Below are positions 25,945-37,729 of a DNA stretch of 64,000 nt, piece after piece. Position 1 is the stretch's first letter. Each line of letters begins with the position of its first letter. Under the pieces are notes generated by a model that made no database searches, was not told the origin of the DNA, and saw nothing but the letters and a program-made list of their open reading frames with translations. The stretch is from Octopus sinensis (lineage: Eukaryota), in contig NW_021825194.1 in the NCBI RefSeq assembly GCF_006345805.1, forward strand, positions 1 through 64,000, given 5' to 3'. The position numbers and the translations under genes were made by a program.

Positions 25945-27544
25945 TGATATGACATACAACTTCTCGTCGTCACTGTTATAATATTCAACGTTCTTGATGT
26001 TCTCCTATTACTCTCCAACTGTGTATCTTCAACAAGCCCTCCACGATATAGATATTCAATAATTCCTACGACCTGTACACTACGACTGCGCATATGACAC
26101 TCTCCTCAGACTGTTCTGCTCATTTATACTAACTAGTATAATTCACTTAGCCAATCTCGGTGATGTACAGATTCTCCATACAACACCTCCCCCTTTGAGA
26201 TTGACTTTCCCTTTATTTATTTATTTATTTATTTATTTTTATTACTTCATTAGGGAAAAATTGACATATTTTCGTTTAGATTCAGTCTCTAACATCTGCG
26301 TCCGCTTTCTCTTTCTAGATGACTTGCGCAATGGTTCAACCCCTTCCTGCGGCACCGGAATATCAAATATGTCATAAGATATTTCCATAGGCTCTTCCTG
26401 TGTTTATCGTCCTTCTGTGTATCTCTTTTTTATTTGATTTACATGTCTCTTATGCTCACATGTTTGCCTTTTCACCATATATTTTACTCTACCAAGACGT
26501 TTGGTTATTTGTCCTTGTTCCCAACTTTGCTTTCCATATTTGTACATTTTAAAAAATACTGCTTTGAAATACTATATTGAAATAGTTTGTATTATTAACA
26601 GTATTCTTCTGTATTTGTTGTTTCCTTCCAGGTAACAATTTATCAAATACAGATCGTACCTTTCTGGCGAACATTAATTCAGCAGATGACATACCCGGCT
26701 CTGTGTTGGGGTTTGGCGTTATTCTATAGACGCGTAAAAATTTTGTCCGTGTATTATCTACTAATGATTCGTTTCTGGTTTTCCTCAACGCACTTTCAAA
26801 CGTATCTACGAACCTCTCCGCAAATCCATTTGACCTCGGATGATATGGCGGGGTAGTGACATGTTCCATTTGATGCGTCGTACAAAAATCTTTGAACTCT
26901 TTTGCTGTAAATTACGTGCCGTTATCCGACGCTATAGTCTGTGACACATCAAAACGTGCAAATATTTCATCTAAAAATTCAATAGTCATTTTCGTAGTTG
27001 GTTTTCTGCATTTACAAATTTCAGGCCGCTTTGTGTAGCTATCTCCCACTACCAGATGATATACACCGATTAGTGGTCCTGCAAAATCTATGTGTAGTCT
27101 AGACCACGGTATATCTGTCTTTGGCTACGTTTGAATCTTTACTGGCGGGGCCTTAGCTGCCAGGGCGCATCCCCTGCATGCTTTCACCAGTTTCTGGATA
27201 TCTTTATCCATTTTAGGCCAATAAGTATAACTCCTCATGAGGGACTTCATCCTTGCAATTCCAGGATGGCCTGTATGAAATTCTTTTAGCATTCTATTTT
27301 GTAGTACAACAGGTATCTCATCCTCGTTGCCACTGATATGACGTACGACTTCTCATCGTCACTGTTATATCTGAACTCTTATGATATGAAACGTTCCTGA
27401 TGTTCTCTTATTACTTCAACGAGCACTCCACGATATCTCTATTCAATAATTCCTACGACCTGTACACTATGACTGCGCATATTACACGCTACTCAGGCTT
27501 CTCAGTCCACTTAGCCAATCACGGGGTGTATAGATTCCCCATAC
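25945..27544 (-). mobile_element. Internally deleted Ty3/Gypsy element retaining both LTRs, PBS, integrase and PPT
   Basis: LTRs 27334-27544 and 25945-26185. PBS-like TGGCAACGAGGAT at 27320-27332. PPT at 26186-26196. Integrase FHTGHPGIARMKSLMR...WSRLHIDFAGP...SDNGTQF...PPYHPRSNGFAERFV. Confidence 0.85.
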
Positions 27545-27614
27545 ATACATACATACATACATACATACATACATACATACATACATACATACATACATAC
27601 ATACATACATACAT

Positions 27615-30600
27615 TATGGCTGCCCCCTCGTTATCGAGTATGGCCATTGCACGAAGCTTAACTGTTACTGGTGCTGTGATCGAATGTGACTTTTTAGCCC
27701 AGCTAAAGATCTACAATGTCTTGTACAGAATTGGCAACTAATACCTTTACCGGTAATAGCCGGCTGTAGTTGTAACTGGGCTTCATGTACCTTTGCATGT
27801 CGTTTAAGACCTCCTGCCGAATTACACTCTCTTCCACATGCCCGACAGATATGATTAGTATGGTGTGTTACACTACCAGTGGCCAGGTTGTCACTCATCT
27901 GTCTCGCTTTATGACTACGAAGATGACTCTTGAGTCCAGTTTTACTGAGGCAGGGTCTTGCACAGACATTGCATGTCAGCATCAAAGGACGACCCTTCCC
28001 ATCTGGAAGTGTAACAGCGACGCCCTTCCTGACATCCCTCCTTACTTTCTCATGTGCAACTCGAGATTTCTCAAAAGTGGCTGTCCCCTCGTGCACAATC
28101 CTTCTCCACCTGCTACGATAAATAGCTATGCCTTCCCGTGTGTCAGGAAAGATGCAAGCATCTCTTAAGGATGCTTTCAGCAAGTCCTTATACCTCTTTT
28201 TTGGTTTATGTGGATGTCGTTCTCCTTTAGCTAACTCTCCATAAAAGAGTTGTTTTGGTATCCTTGAATCCTTCATCCTGACCAGATGACCACTCCATCT
28301 GAGCCTTTGCTTTAACATAAGAGCGTCTATACTTTCACACAGAGAGCCTTCCAATATTTCAAGATCACTGATGCGGTCCTTCCACTTAATGCCATAGATC
28401 CGTCTGAGGCACATCTGATGGAAATGTTCCAGTTGTTTAAGGTGGTATCGACATGTGACCCACGTCTTGCAGACATAAAGAAGAGAAGGGAGCACACATG
28501 CCTTGTACACCTTTATCTTTGTCTTTCTGCATATGTCTCGCCGACTCCAGAGGCGCTTTTCTAGCCTTCCGAAAGCAACATTTGCTTTCCTAATTCTATA
28601 TGGAATTTCATCATCCAAATTGCCATATCTATTAATAGTGCTTCCCAGGTAGACAAACTGATCAACTACATCAAGTCGTTTACCATACACATAGATATTT
28701 GGTACACTATACTGCTTACCAGTATAGACAACAGTTTTCTTGAGACTGTCAATCCTAAGGCAGTGCAAGCATCAGAGAATGCATTCAAAATGTGTTGCAT
28801 ATCAATCTCTGTGTGTGCTACTAGCTCACAATCATCAGCATACAAAAGGTCTCTTATGATAGAGGTAAATACCTTTTTTTTTTGCAGCAAGGCGCCTGAT
28901 ATTAAATATGCTGCCAGAGGTTCGAGACCACCATTACTGCATCTCTCCAGTCCTCAGGTACAGATTCACTAGTCCATATCTTACCAAACAAAGAGTGAAG
29001 TTTCTGCAGAAGTTTCTCACAACCATGCTGTAACAACTCCGCATGTATGCCATCCATACCCGGAGACTTCCCATTATTCAACCTTGAGACAGCCATTGCA
29101 ACTTCTTCCAACTTTGGTGGTTCTGCGAGTGCTGCCTTCACAGGTAATCCAGGGATGAGATTGAGAACATCCTCACTAACTACAGACTGCTGATTTAAAA
29201 GTTCCTCAAAGTGTTCTTGCCACCTTCGCAGAATTCCTTGTGAATCACGAAGAAGTTCTTTACCATCCCTGCTTCAAAGTGGTGTCATCAGGGAAGACGT
29301 CGGTCCATAAACTTCTCACAAGAGATCATACAACAGCTTTGTGTTATTGGAATCTGATGCTGCCTGTATCTCATCAGCCTTCTTACTCCACCACGTATCC
29401 CTCATCTGAGAGAGCCTTTGCCTCACACGAGATTTTACGTCCTTGAGTTCCCTATGCAACACTTCCATTTCCAGTGGCTTTGCTGACAAATAGCGTGACA
29501 AAGTGCGGCTTTTATCAGCCAATAAATCATCTATATGTTCATCATTTTCTTTAAACCAATCTTTCTTGCCTATATCATAAACTGACTTTTTAAGGGTCGG
29601 CCAATCCTCCCCAATATCTGCAGCATTCATTTCCTCTCGTAAAGTTCTCTTCACACTATTACACCTAAGACTATCAACATTCAGTCTTTTAGGCAGGGTG
29701 ATCCCTGCAGCTCGGATTTTATGTTTTGTGACTAATTTCACTTTTGCACGTACTAGGCCGTGGTCAGTCCAACACTCAGCTCCACGAAGATTACGAACAC
29801 ACTGCACATCCTGTCTGTCACGCACCCTAACTAGGATGTAATCCAGAATATGCCATTCTTTAGATGCAGGGTGCATCCATGTAGTCTTAAGCTTATTCTT
29901 TTGTTGAAACATGGTATTGGTAACACACAGACTCAGTTCCTCACACATCTGCAGCAAAAGCATGCCATTACTGTTACACTTCCCCACCCCATGCTTTCCA
30001 ATTACAGTCCATGTGTTAAAATCCCTACCCACTCTAGCATTAAAGTCACCCAGTACGATGACTTTGTCTGCCTGAGGGATATTTCTTATAATGCCCTTCA
30101 AAGTATAGTAGAAAGAAAGTTTTTCGTCATCAGTATAGCACATAGTTGGAGCATACACACTCATCAAGGTCATATAATTTCCTTTAACCAAAGGAATTCT
30201 CGTGGACATAAGACTGGGAATTCTTCCAACTTGTCCACAAGAGTAGTCTTAACAGCAAATGCCACTCCAGCTTCTCCGCTAAGCTCTTCATCTCTCCCTT
30301 TCCAAAAGAATGTATATTTTTCACAAGATTCTGTAAGATGACCATCTCCAGGTAATCTCGTCTCAGATAAAGCAACGATGTCAAGATCATAGCGTTGAAG
30401 CTCCTTCGCAACAAGCGCAGTCCTTCTTTCAGGACATTCAGAGGACTTGCGGTCAAGCAGTACCTGTACATTCCAACAGCCAATATTCAATATTTTCTTT
30501 GGTTCTATCACAGTAGCATGATGACGGCCGGGTTCAGACTGTGATACTCTGGAGCCCCTGCCGGGCCAGACTCTTTCAGCTGATGTGGTTCCAGAGTCCT

Positions 30601-31168
30601 TACTGCCATTTATTTTTATACTGTTTTGGTACATCATTGATTTTTTGCTTTTTAAGGCTACAGCCAGCCATTCAGTTGAGACTCACAGTGCCATCAACAA
30701 TCATGAATTAGTTAATCAATTTAATCAATCAATCAATGTTGTTATCGTGCAATGTCTGTGCAAAAAGTTTTTTTTTAAGTGAGGAAAGGCTGTGCACTGA
30801 GTCAATCCCACTCACTAAGCAACAGCAGCCATAACCCGAAAAGAAGAACAAGTCAACATCATCGGTAACCACTGAGCCGCAGGTTTCATGTCGGAGTTAT
30901 CCCAGTTACCTTCTCCTAGAAGGATGCCCTAACAAAGGCCAGGAGTTCTTCACTCCCAATGGTTTAACCGCGCGATCGTGTATTCAGTCCAATTATGTCC
31001 CCGCGCATGATACAGACTTAAGACATTTATTGGATGGCCGTTGACTCTCAAGAGTTCCTCCGCCCTTTGACGGGTTTTGTTTTTCATCCCGCAGGGTGTC
31101 CAATAAACACCTTCCTCACCAAGCAAGCTTGGTGGTGTTGCCGGTTTAGTCGCCGACGACCCGACCAT
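27615..31168 (-). mobile_element. RTE-clade (BovB-like) LINE, near full length, frameshifted, with the RT core deleted
   Basis: APE IGCWNV, LDIVALSETRL, VLGDFNARVG, LDYIL..DH. RT start GKSPGMDGI is joined at ~28928 to RTSGSIFNIRRL..RDLLYADD. C-terminal RLRWSGHLVRM and three C2H2 fingers. Confidence 0.9.
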
Positions 31169-31195
31169 GCAACATACATACATACATACATACTT

Positions 31196-31912
31196 ACAAA
31201 ATGTTCCCGGACTAGTTATGTTTATAGTTATATCAAAAAGTTCCCGGACTAGTTATGTTTAATTTTAAAAAAAACTTATTTACCAAAGATTTAACATTAT
31301 CTCCTTCGAAATAGTCACCTTGCGCAGCAACACACCTTTTCCAGCGTTCCTGTCACTTTTGGAATCCGGCCTAGTGTTTGCCGTGAGTTGAGGACCTTCT
31401 ACGATTCGCTCATGATCTTGACAACGCTCTTAAAACAGCAATCTTTGAGCTGCATTTTCATCTTGGGAAAGAAATAGAAGTACGAAGATGTTAAATCTGG
31501 TAAACAGGACGGGTGCGAAAGCAAGACTATGTTGTTTTTTGGCGAGAAACTCACGAGTTAGACGAGCACAGTGACAGGATGTGTTGTCGTCGTGAAGAAT
31601 TCAGTTCTTCGCGTTCCACAGATCCGGTCGCTTCTGCCGAATGTCCTCCCTCAAACGTTTCAAAATGTCGTTAATTGTCCTCCGACGGAAATGTGGAAAA
31701 AATTAATCAGCTTGTGTATCTTACACAAGCTGATTAATATTTCCACATTTCCGAGGGTGACGCTTGTGACAGGTCCTCCAGATCGCCCATCGTCTTCCAA
31801 GGACGTTATTCCGCTTTTGAAGCGCCCGTGCCACTCGAAACATTGGGTATAACCCATTGCCTCGTCGCCTTAAGCTACAAAACTAGTCCAGGAACTGCTT
31901 GATACCACCTCG
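31196..31912 (-). mobile_element. Internally deleted mariner element
   Basis: TIR TACGAGGTGGTATCAAGCAGTTCCTGGACTAG at the right end and partial copies at the left. HTH remnant FEWHGRFKSG..SLEDD.RSG.P. DDD remnant ILHDDN...HPS..PDL..YFFPKMK...RWKRCVAAQGDYFE. Confidence 0.85.
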
Positions 31913-31939
31913 TACATACATACATATACATACATACAC

Positions 31940-32063
<124 letters not shown>

Positions 32064-32229
32064 ACAAACATGCACTAGATACATATTTGCGCGGTCGCAC
32101 GCGCGTGTATATGTATGTGTGAGAGAGGGAAAATGAATGTTGCTGTCATGCTTGAACGAGGTGTTTCCAAAATTATAGAAACCACAGGAGACTTCTCAAA
32201 AGCACCATTCCGGCTCACAAAAAATGACA

Positions 32230-32460
32230 CAGTACATGATACTAAGACCACCGTTTAATAGGCAACAACTCAATCGATACAGTAAATGTTAATTCACACT
32301 GCAGGTGACGTTAATGACACTGCAAACTATTCAACAGAATTTCTCATTTCTCCTCACGACCTGTAGCTAAAACTATGATCTACCATTACTTACATGCACC
32401 AAAACTCTGTACTTATGTCCCATGTTATCGAAGCTGCTGTAATGCCTGTTTTTTTCCAAC
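32230..32460 (+). pseudogene. Possible Helitron PIF1-helicase remnant
   Basis: NYSTEFL..PHDL.LK...LMSHVIEA resembles Helitron YP.EFLN..PPH.L.LK...VIEA; heavily decayed. Confidence 0.4.
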
Positions 32461-32513
32461 AGAAAGCATTTCTACGCTTCTATCAGCCATGTTATTTTGC
32501 ACCAACTACTTTT

Positions 32514-32811
32514 AGTCTTTTTAGTGACACTCTTTTTCTATGACTATCAACACGTCTTAGGGTATTTTGGAAACGATAGTGATGCAAACTCACTATCAAC
32601 TCCAACAACTAATTTCTCACAGCTGTGCACTTACGTATATCATCTTCACTGTAAACATGCAAGAACGGAAAGAAGTTCTCGTGACAAAAATATGCACGTG
32701 TTCGCGCGCAAAATTCGTTCAATCCTGTTTTTCAGCAAAATATGTAATCCTCAGGTCTATCCCTGAGACGTGTTGATAGTCATAGAAAAAGACAGTGTCA
32801 CTAAAAAGACT
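32514..32811. mobile_element. MITE-like element with ~48-bp inverted termini
   Basis: AGTCTTTTTAGTGACACT..TTTTTCTATGACTATCAACACGTCT.AGGG and its reverse complement at 32761-32811. Confidence 0.6.
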
Positions 32812-33071
32812 GAAACGCTAGTCCGCGGTTTTATATTCCATGTAAGATAGAAAATAATTTATTTCACTGTTTCTCACTTAAATGAGTGCACACATATACT
32901 TACAAAAATGATTTAGCAGTATCCGTAACAGTACACAAGGTATTATATTTTGTACAAAATGTGTCGAAGGTACTTGAGCGTGTATATATATATATATATA
33001 TATTTATTTATTTTAAAATTATAAGTATATGAAAGAATGGAGTTGAACGACTAGTTAACAAATATCCTTTA

Positions 33072-33154
33072 TTCCCGACATATGTTTCGAAGGCTGCATA
33101 TTCCTAATTCCGAAGGAATAAGGAGTACATTATGCAGAATTCTCATCAGGAAAA
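33072..33154 (-). ncRNA. Type-I hammerhead ribozyme, family I
   Basis: TTTTC-CTGATGA-GAA..CTGCATA..TATGCAG..TTC-GAAA-CATATG-TC-GGGAA, canonical G-C closing helix II. Confidence 0.8.
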
Positions 33155-33368
33155 TCAAGGAACTTATGTAGACATCAAAATGCACAAAAAACTTTTAGCT
33201 GACCGCTCTCAAGGAGCCCATGGCGATAATGAGTGTCTCTTTATAATCTTAAAAGAGACACTCATTATCGCCATGGGCTCCTTGAGAGCGGTCAGCTAAA
33301 AGTTTTTTGTGCATTTTGATGTCTACATAAGTTCCTTGATTTTCCTGATGAGAAATCTGCATAATGTA
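33126..33368. repeat. ~243-bp fold-back palindrome overlapping the hammerhead 5' half
   Basis: Arms pair across a ~9-nt loop at ~33247. Confidence 0.9.
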
Positions 33369-33489
33369 AAACCACTATTATGCAATTCAAAGAATGATAG
33401 ACATAAACCAAATCATAAGTAAAAATAAAATATATTTTAAAACATATAACTAGATCTCCAAAAGTACAAAATTGAATAAACAATATATA

Positions 33490-33648
33490 ATAATTACAAT
33501 TATTATAGTAAGCTTTCCATTTAACCGTAGATACAAAATCCTTAATATTATTAATAAGTTTTAAAATATATTCTTTCCTAGATGGTATAGGAATATCCTT
33601 CAAAGATGAATTCCAAAATAGCGGTTCTATCTTATCTGTAAGTTCCAT
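33490..33648 (-). pseudogene. N-terminal fragment of a Penelope-type ORF
   Basis: SSLKDIPIPSRKEYILKLINNIKDFVSTVKWKAYY matches the recalled PLE N-terminal pattern S.KNIPIP...Y..KL...R.RWKA. Confidence 0.6.
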
Positions 33649-33706
33649 AATATACGAAATTGAGATTTAAATGCACTCAGTAAACTTAAGCTATCAATAT
33701 AATATA

Positions 33707-33775
<69 letters not shown>

Positions 33776-34438
33776 TGATGATGATGATGATGATGATGAT
33801 AATAATAATATTAAGAAGTATTACAGGCAAAAATTCAATTTAGTATTAAATCAAATTTCCCAATATATTTTATTTTGTATTTATGATTTGGTTTATGTCT
33901 ATCATTGGTTGAATTGCATAATAGTGGTTTTTCTCTAATTTATATATATCATATATTTATATTGTGAAATTTGATTTAATACTAATTTGAATTTTTCCCT
34001 GTAGGTTTGGTATTATACTCCCTAATATTATAAATATAATATCTAAAGATCATGTACCTCTATGCGACAACGTAAATTTTCATTTAATGAAGATATCCTT
34101 GACCTGTAGAGTAGCCTGCGGGAAACATCTCGCTTGGATATTTACCGGTTCCAAGATTCCGAGCGCTATGAAACATACGTATCCCGAATCGTATCTACTC
34201 CATTCCTTAACACTTGTATGTATGTATGTATGTATGTATGTATGTATGTATGTATGTATGTATGTATGTATGTATGTATGTATATATATATATATATTGG
34301 CCTGCTCGCTTAGCCAGCGGGGTGGCGTCATTTAAAGGCTAAAACAATGCGAAACGCATTGTAACCAGCGATGTGTAGCAACATCTGATAGCCTGATCAA
34401 TCACGGTGATCACGGTGATATATATATATATATATATA

Positions 34439-35692
34439 TTTAAATATAGAGGGCATTATACATACATGCCAGGAGGCATTGTATATACATGCCAAACGCT
34501 AAGAGGGACAATCAGTCATTTCTACCAAAAATATTACTAATCCCACCGAATGCAATTTTTGGCATGTATATACAATGCCTCCTGGCATGTATGTATAATG
34601 CCCTCTATATTTAAATTAATATGTTCAATAAGAAATAATTTTTTTCGAAATTTTTTCTCTTATGAGGTTTTTACGCTATCTACCTGACAATTTCTTGTTA
34701 AGTTTTCCTTATTAAGTAGTTGTCCTTAATTGCTAAATTTTTATTCCGAAAAAACTTTTCCTCTCCCGAAATGCAATTCGTAAAAGTTTACCATTTACCC
34801 GGATGTAATATATATAAACTCACCCATGTGCTTCGTTGATGTTGATCAGTTAGCTGATCGGCTTAAGCGAGGCAGGGTCGTTGTTTATTTATAATACATT
34901 CAAGCCTGCTGATGATTACGTAAGTATGAAATCACTGTGATACAGGCCTATATTTTTAAATGTCTTACTTTGAAAAATTGCATTCGGTGGGATTAGTAAT
35001 ATTTTTGGTAGAAATGACTGATTGTCCCTCTTAGCGTTTGGCATGTATATACAATGCCTCCTGGCATGTATGTATAATGCCCTCTATATTTAAATTAATA
35101 TGTTCAATAAGAAATAATTTTTTTCGAAATTTTTTCTCTTATGAGGTTTTTACGCTATCTACCTGACAATTTCTTGTTAAGTTTTCCTTATTAAGTAGTT
35201 GTCCTTAATTGCTAAATTTGTATTCCGAAAAAACTTTTCCTCTCCCGAAATGCAATTCGTAAAAGTTTACCATTTACCCGGATGTAATATATATAAACTC
35301 ACCCATGTGCTTCGTTGATGTTGATCAGTTAGCTGATCGGCTTAAGCGAGGCAGGGTCGTTGTTTATTTATAATACATTCAGGCCTGCTGATGATTACGT
35401 AAGTATGAAATCACTGTGATACAGGCCTATATTTTTAAATGTCTTACTTTGAAAAATTGCATTCGGTGGGATTAGTAATATTTTTGGTAGAAATGACTGA
35501 TTGTCCCTCTTAGCGTTTGGCATGTATATACAATGCCTCCTGGCATGTATGTATAATGCCCTCTATATTTAAATTAATATGTTCAATAAGAAATAATTTT
35601 TTACGAAATTTTTTCTCTTATGAGGTTTTTACGCTATCTACCTGACAATTTCTTGTTAAGTTTTCCTTATTAAGTAGTTGTCCTTAATTGCT
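34439..35692 (+). repeat. ~480-bp hammerhead-bearing tandem unit (family J), ~2.4 copies, with an inverted 5' segment at 34439-34560
   Basis: GGCATGTATATACAATGCC recurs at 34561, 35040 and 35519. A diverged copy lies at 36740-37075. Confidence 0.9.
34904..34947 (+). ncRNA. Minimal type-I hammerhead ribozyme, family J (copies at 35381-35428 and 36888-36935)
   Basis: GCCTG-CTGATGA-t/TAC-GTAA-GTA/t-GAAA-TCACTGTGA-TA-CAGGC, GNRA loop, triplet ATA. Confidence 0.85.
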
Positions 35693-35732
35693 ATATATAT
35701 ATATATATATAATATATATATATAATATATAT

Positions 35733-35782
<50 letters not shown>

Positions 35783-35805
35783 ATATACATACATATATAT
35801 ATATA

Positions 35806-35856
<51 letters not shown>

Positions 35857-36297
35857 GGACAGAAATTCAAGATCAAATCTAACTTTACTTGTGCCTCTGA
35901 AAACATAATTTATGTCATAAAATGCTCGGGCTGCCACCAAGACTACGTGGGATCCACGGGACTATCACTCAGACGTAGATGCACACTGCATCGACAACAG
36001 ATTGCATTCCCAGAATACAGAATGATACCTTTTAGTGAGCACATTGAGAAATGCGCAAAGCAACTACTACCACAATTTTTAATCTTTCCATTTTACCAAT
36101 GTGCTATCGGATCATCAACACAAATTAGACTAAACAAGGAAACATTCTTCATTGAAAAGTACAAGCCCAGACATAACCATGCCAACATACTGATACAGAG
36201 AAATTCACACCAAGGGAAAATAAAAAAATTTAAGCGATTATCTCCCTTACACCGGAAAAAATCACTCATTACCTCCCCTTATTTAGAACTCTTTTAA
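35857..36297 (+). pseudogene. GIY-YIG endonuclease domain of a 5'-truncated Penelope-like element, followed by a pLTR to ~36535
   Basis: GQKFKIKSNFTCASENIIYVIKCSGCHQDYVGSTGLSLRRRC..HRQQI...EHI...RLNKETFFIEKYKP. The frame extends 30 codons upstream of the listed ORF. Confidence 0.85.
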
Positions 36298-36343
36298 ACA
36301 TAAACATAACGATAACTCTATTCAACATAAACATAACGTCGCA

Positions 36344-36380
36344 AGAAATTTGAAAAGCTAAACGCGAAACCGGTCTTTCT
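36344..36380 (+). ncRNA. Minimal hammerhead with U3-A8 covariant core
   Basis: AGAAA-t-TTGAAAA-GC-TAAAC-GC-GAAA-CCGG-TC-TTTCT, downstream of the GIY-YIG ORF. Confidence 0.6.
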
Positions 36381-36535
36381 TCTAAATTATGTCATTGTAA
36401 GGGAAAAAAATTTTTTGTATTCTTCAGACATATTGACGCAAATATATATATTTTTTAACCTTTAAGCCTTCTGTAGTTTTTTCACTTTTTACTATTTTCT
36501 ATATATTCAACCACGTGCTTTCACAAACCAACTTT

Positions 36536-36597
<62 letters not shown>

Positions 36598-37515
36598 ATA
36601 TATACATATATATGAATTAAATTAGAGATAAAACCATTATTAGGCAACTCAAACAGTGATTGACATAAACCAAAACATAAAAACAAAAAATAAATATAAT
36701 TAATATAACAATTAAGGACAACTACTTAATAAGGAAATCTACTTTCCTCTCCCGAAATGCAATTCGTAAAAGTTTGCCATTCATCCGGATATAGTATATA
36801 TAAACCAACCCATGTGCTTCGTTGATGTTGATCAGTTAGCTGATCGGCTTAAGCGAAGCAGGGTCGTTGTTTATTTATAGTATATTCAGGCCTGCTGATG
36901 ATTACGTAAGTATGAAATCACTGTGATACAGGTCTATATATTTTTAAATGTCTTTCTTTGAAAAATTGCATTCGGTGGGATTAGTAATATTTTTGGTAGA
37001 AATGACTGATTGTCCCTCTTAGCGTATGGCGTGTATGTAGAATGCCTCCTGGCATGTATGTATAATGCCCTCTATATATAAATATAATTAATATAATATA
37101 TAATTTAAATTTTATATTTTATATATATATTATATATTATATTAATTATATTTATTTTTGTTTTTATGTTTTGGTTTATGTCTAACACTGTTTGAGTTGC
37201 CTAATAGTGGTTTTATCTCTAATTTAAGTTATATTTATACTCTGAAATTTGATTTAATCCTAAATCTAATTTTTCCCTGTAAGTTTGGATATACTCCCTA
37301 ATATTATTAATATTATATATATAGAAAACATAAATCCAGAGAAGAAGCACACTCTAAGATGTAGAGCAGTATTAATTTTTTTACTGAGGAGGGCCGGTTT
37401 GTGGGATTACCCTGGATTTCCCATCCATAAAGGTTTTAACTCTATGGCGTATCGTCAGACCCCAAAACCGACCTTCCTCAGTAATATATATATATGTATA
37501 CATATACATACACAG

Positions 37516-37567
<52 letters not shown>

Positions 37568-37729
37568 GCGCACACACACACATATATAATGGATTAATTA
37601 CTATGAAGCATTGTGTAGAATATATTGTATAAAGGATCGTGGGTAAGGCCAGGACAATGTGAAGCAAATGCAAGGCAAATCACAAGAAAAATATATTAAT
37701 TAATGTAGATTTACCTTGTATTTAATATT

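Noticed and set aside
30780-31168. HDV-like or twister ribozyme in the RTE leader
   Set aside because: P1/P3/P1.1 topology could not be matched by eye; reported only as a conserved structured module
37379-37483. CTGAGGA core with a ~21-bp inverted copy
   Set aside because: It lacks GAAA, helix III and NUH; at most a folded-back 5' half of a hammerhead
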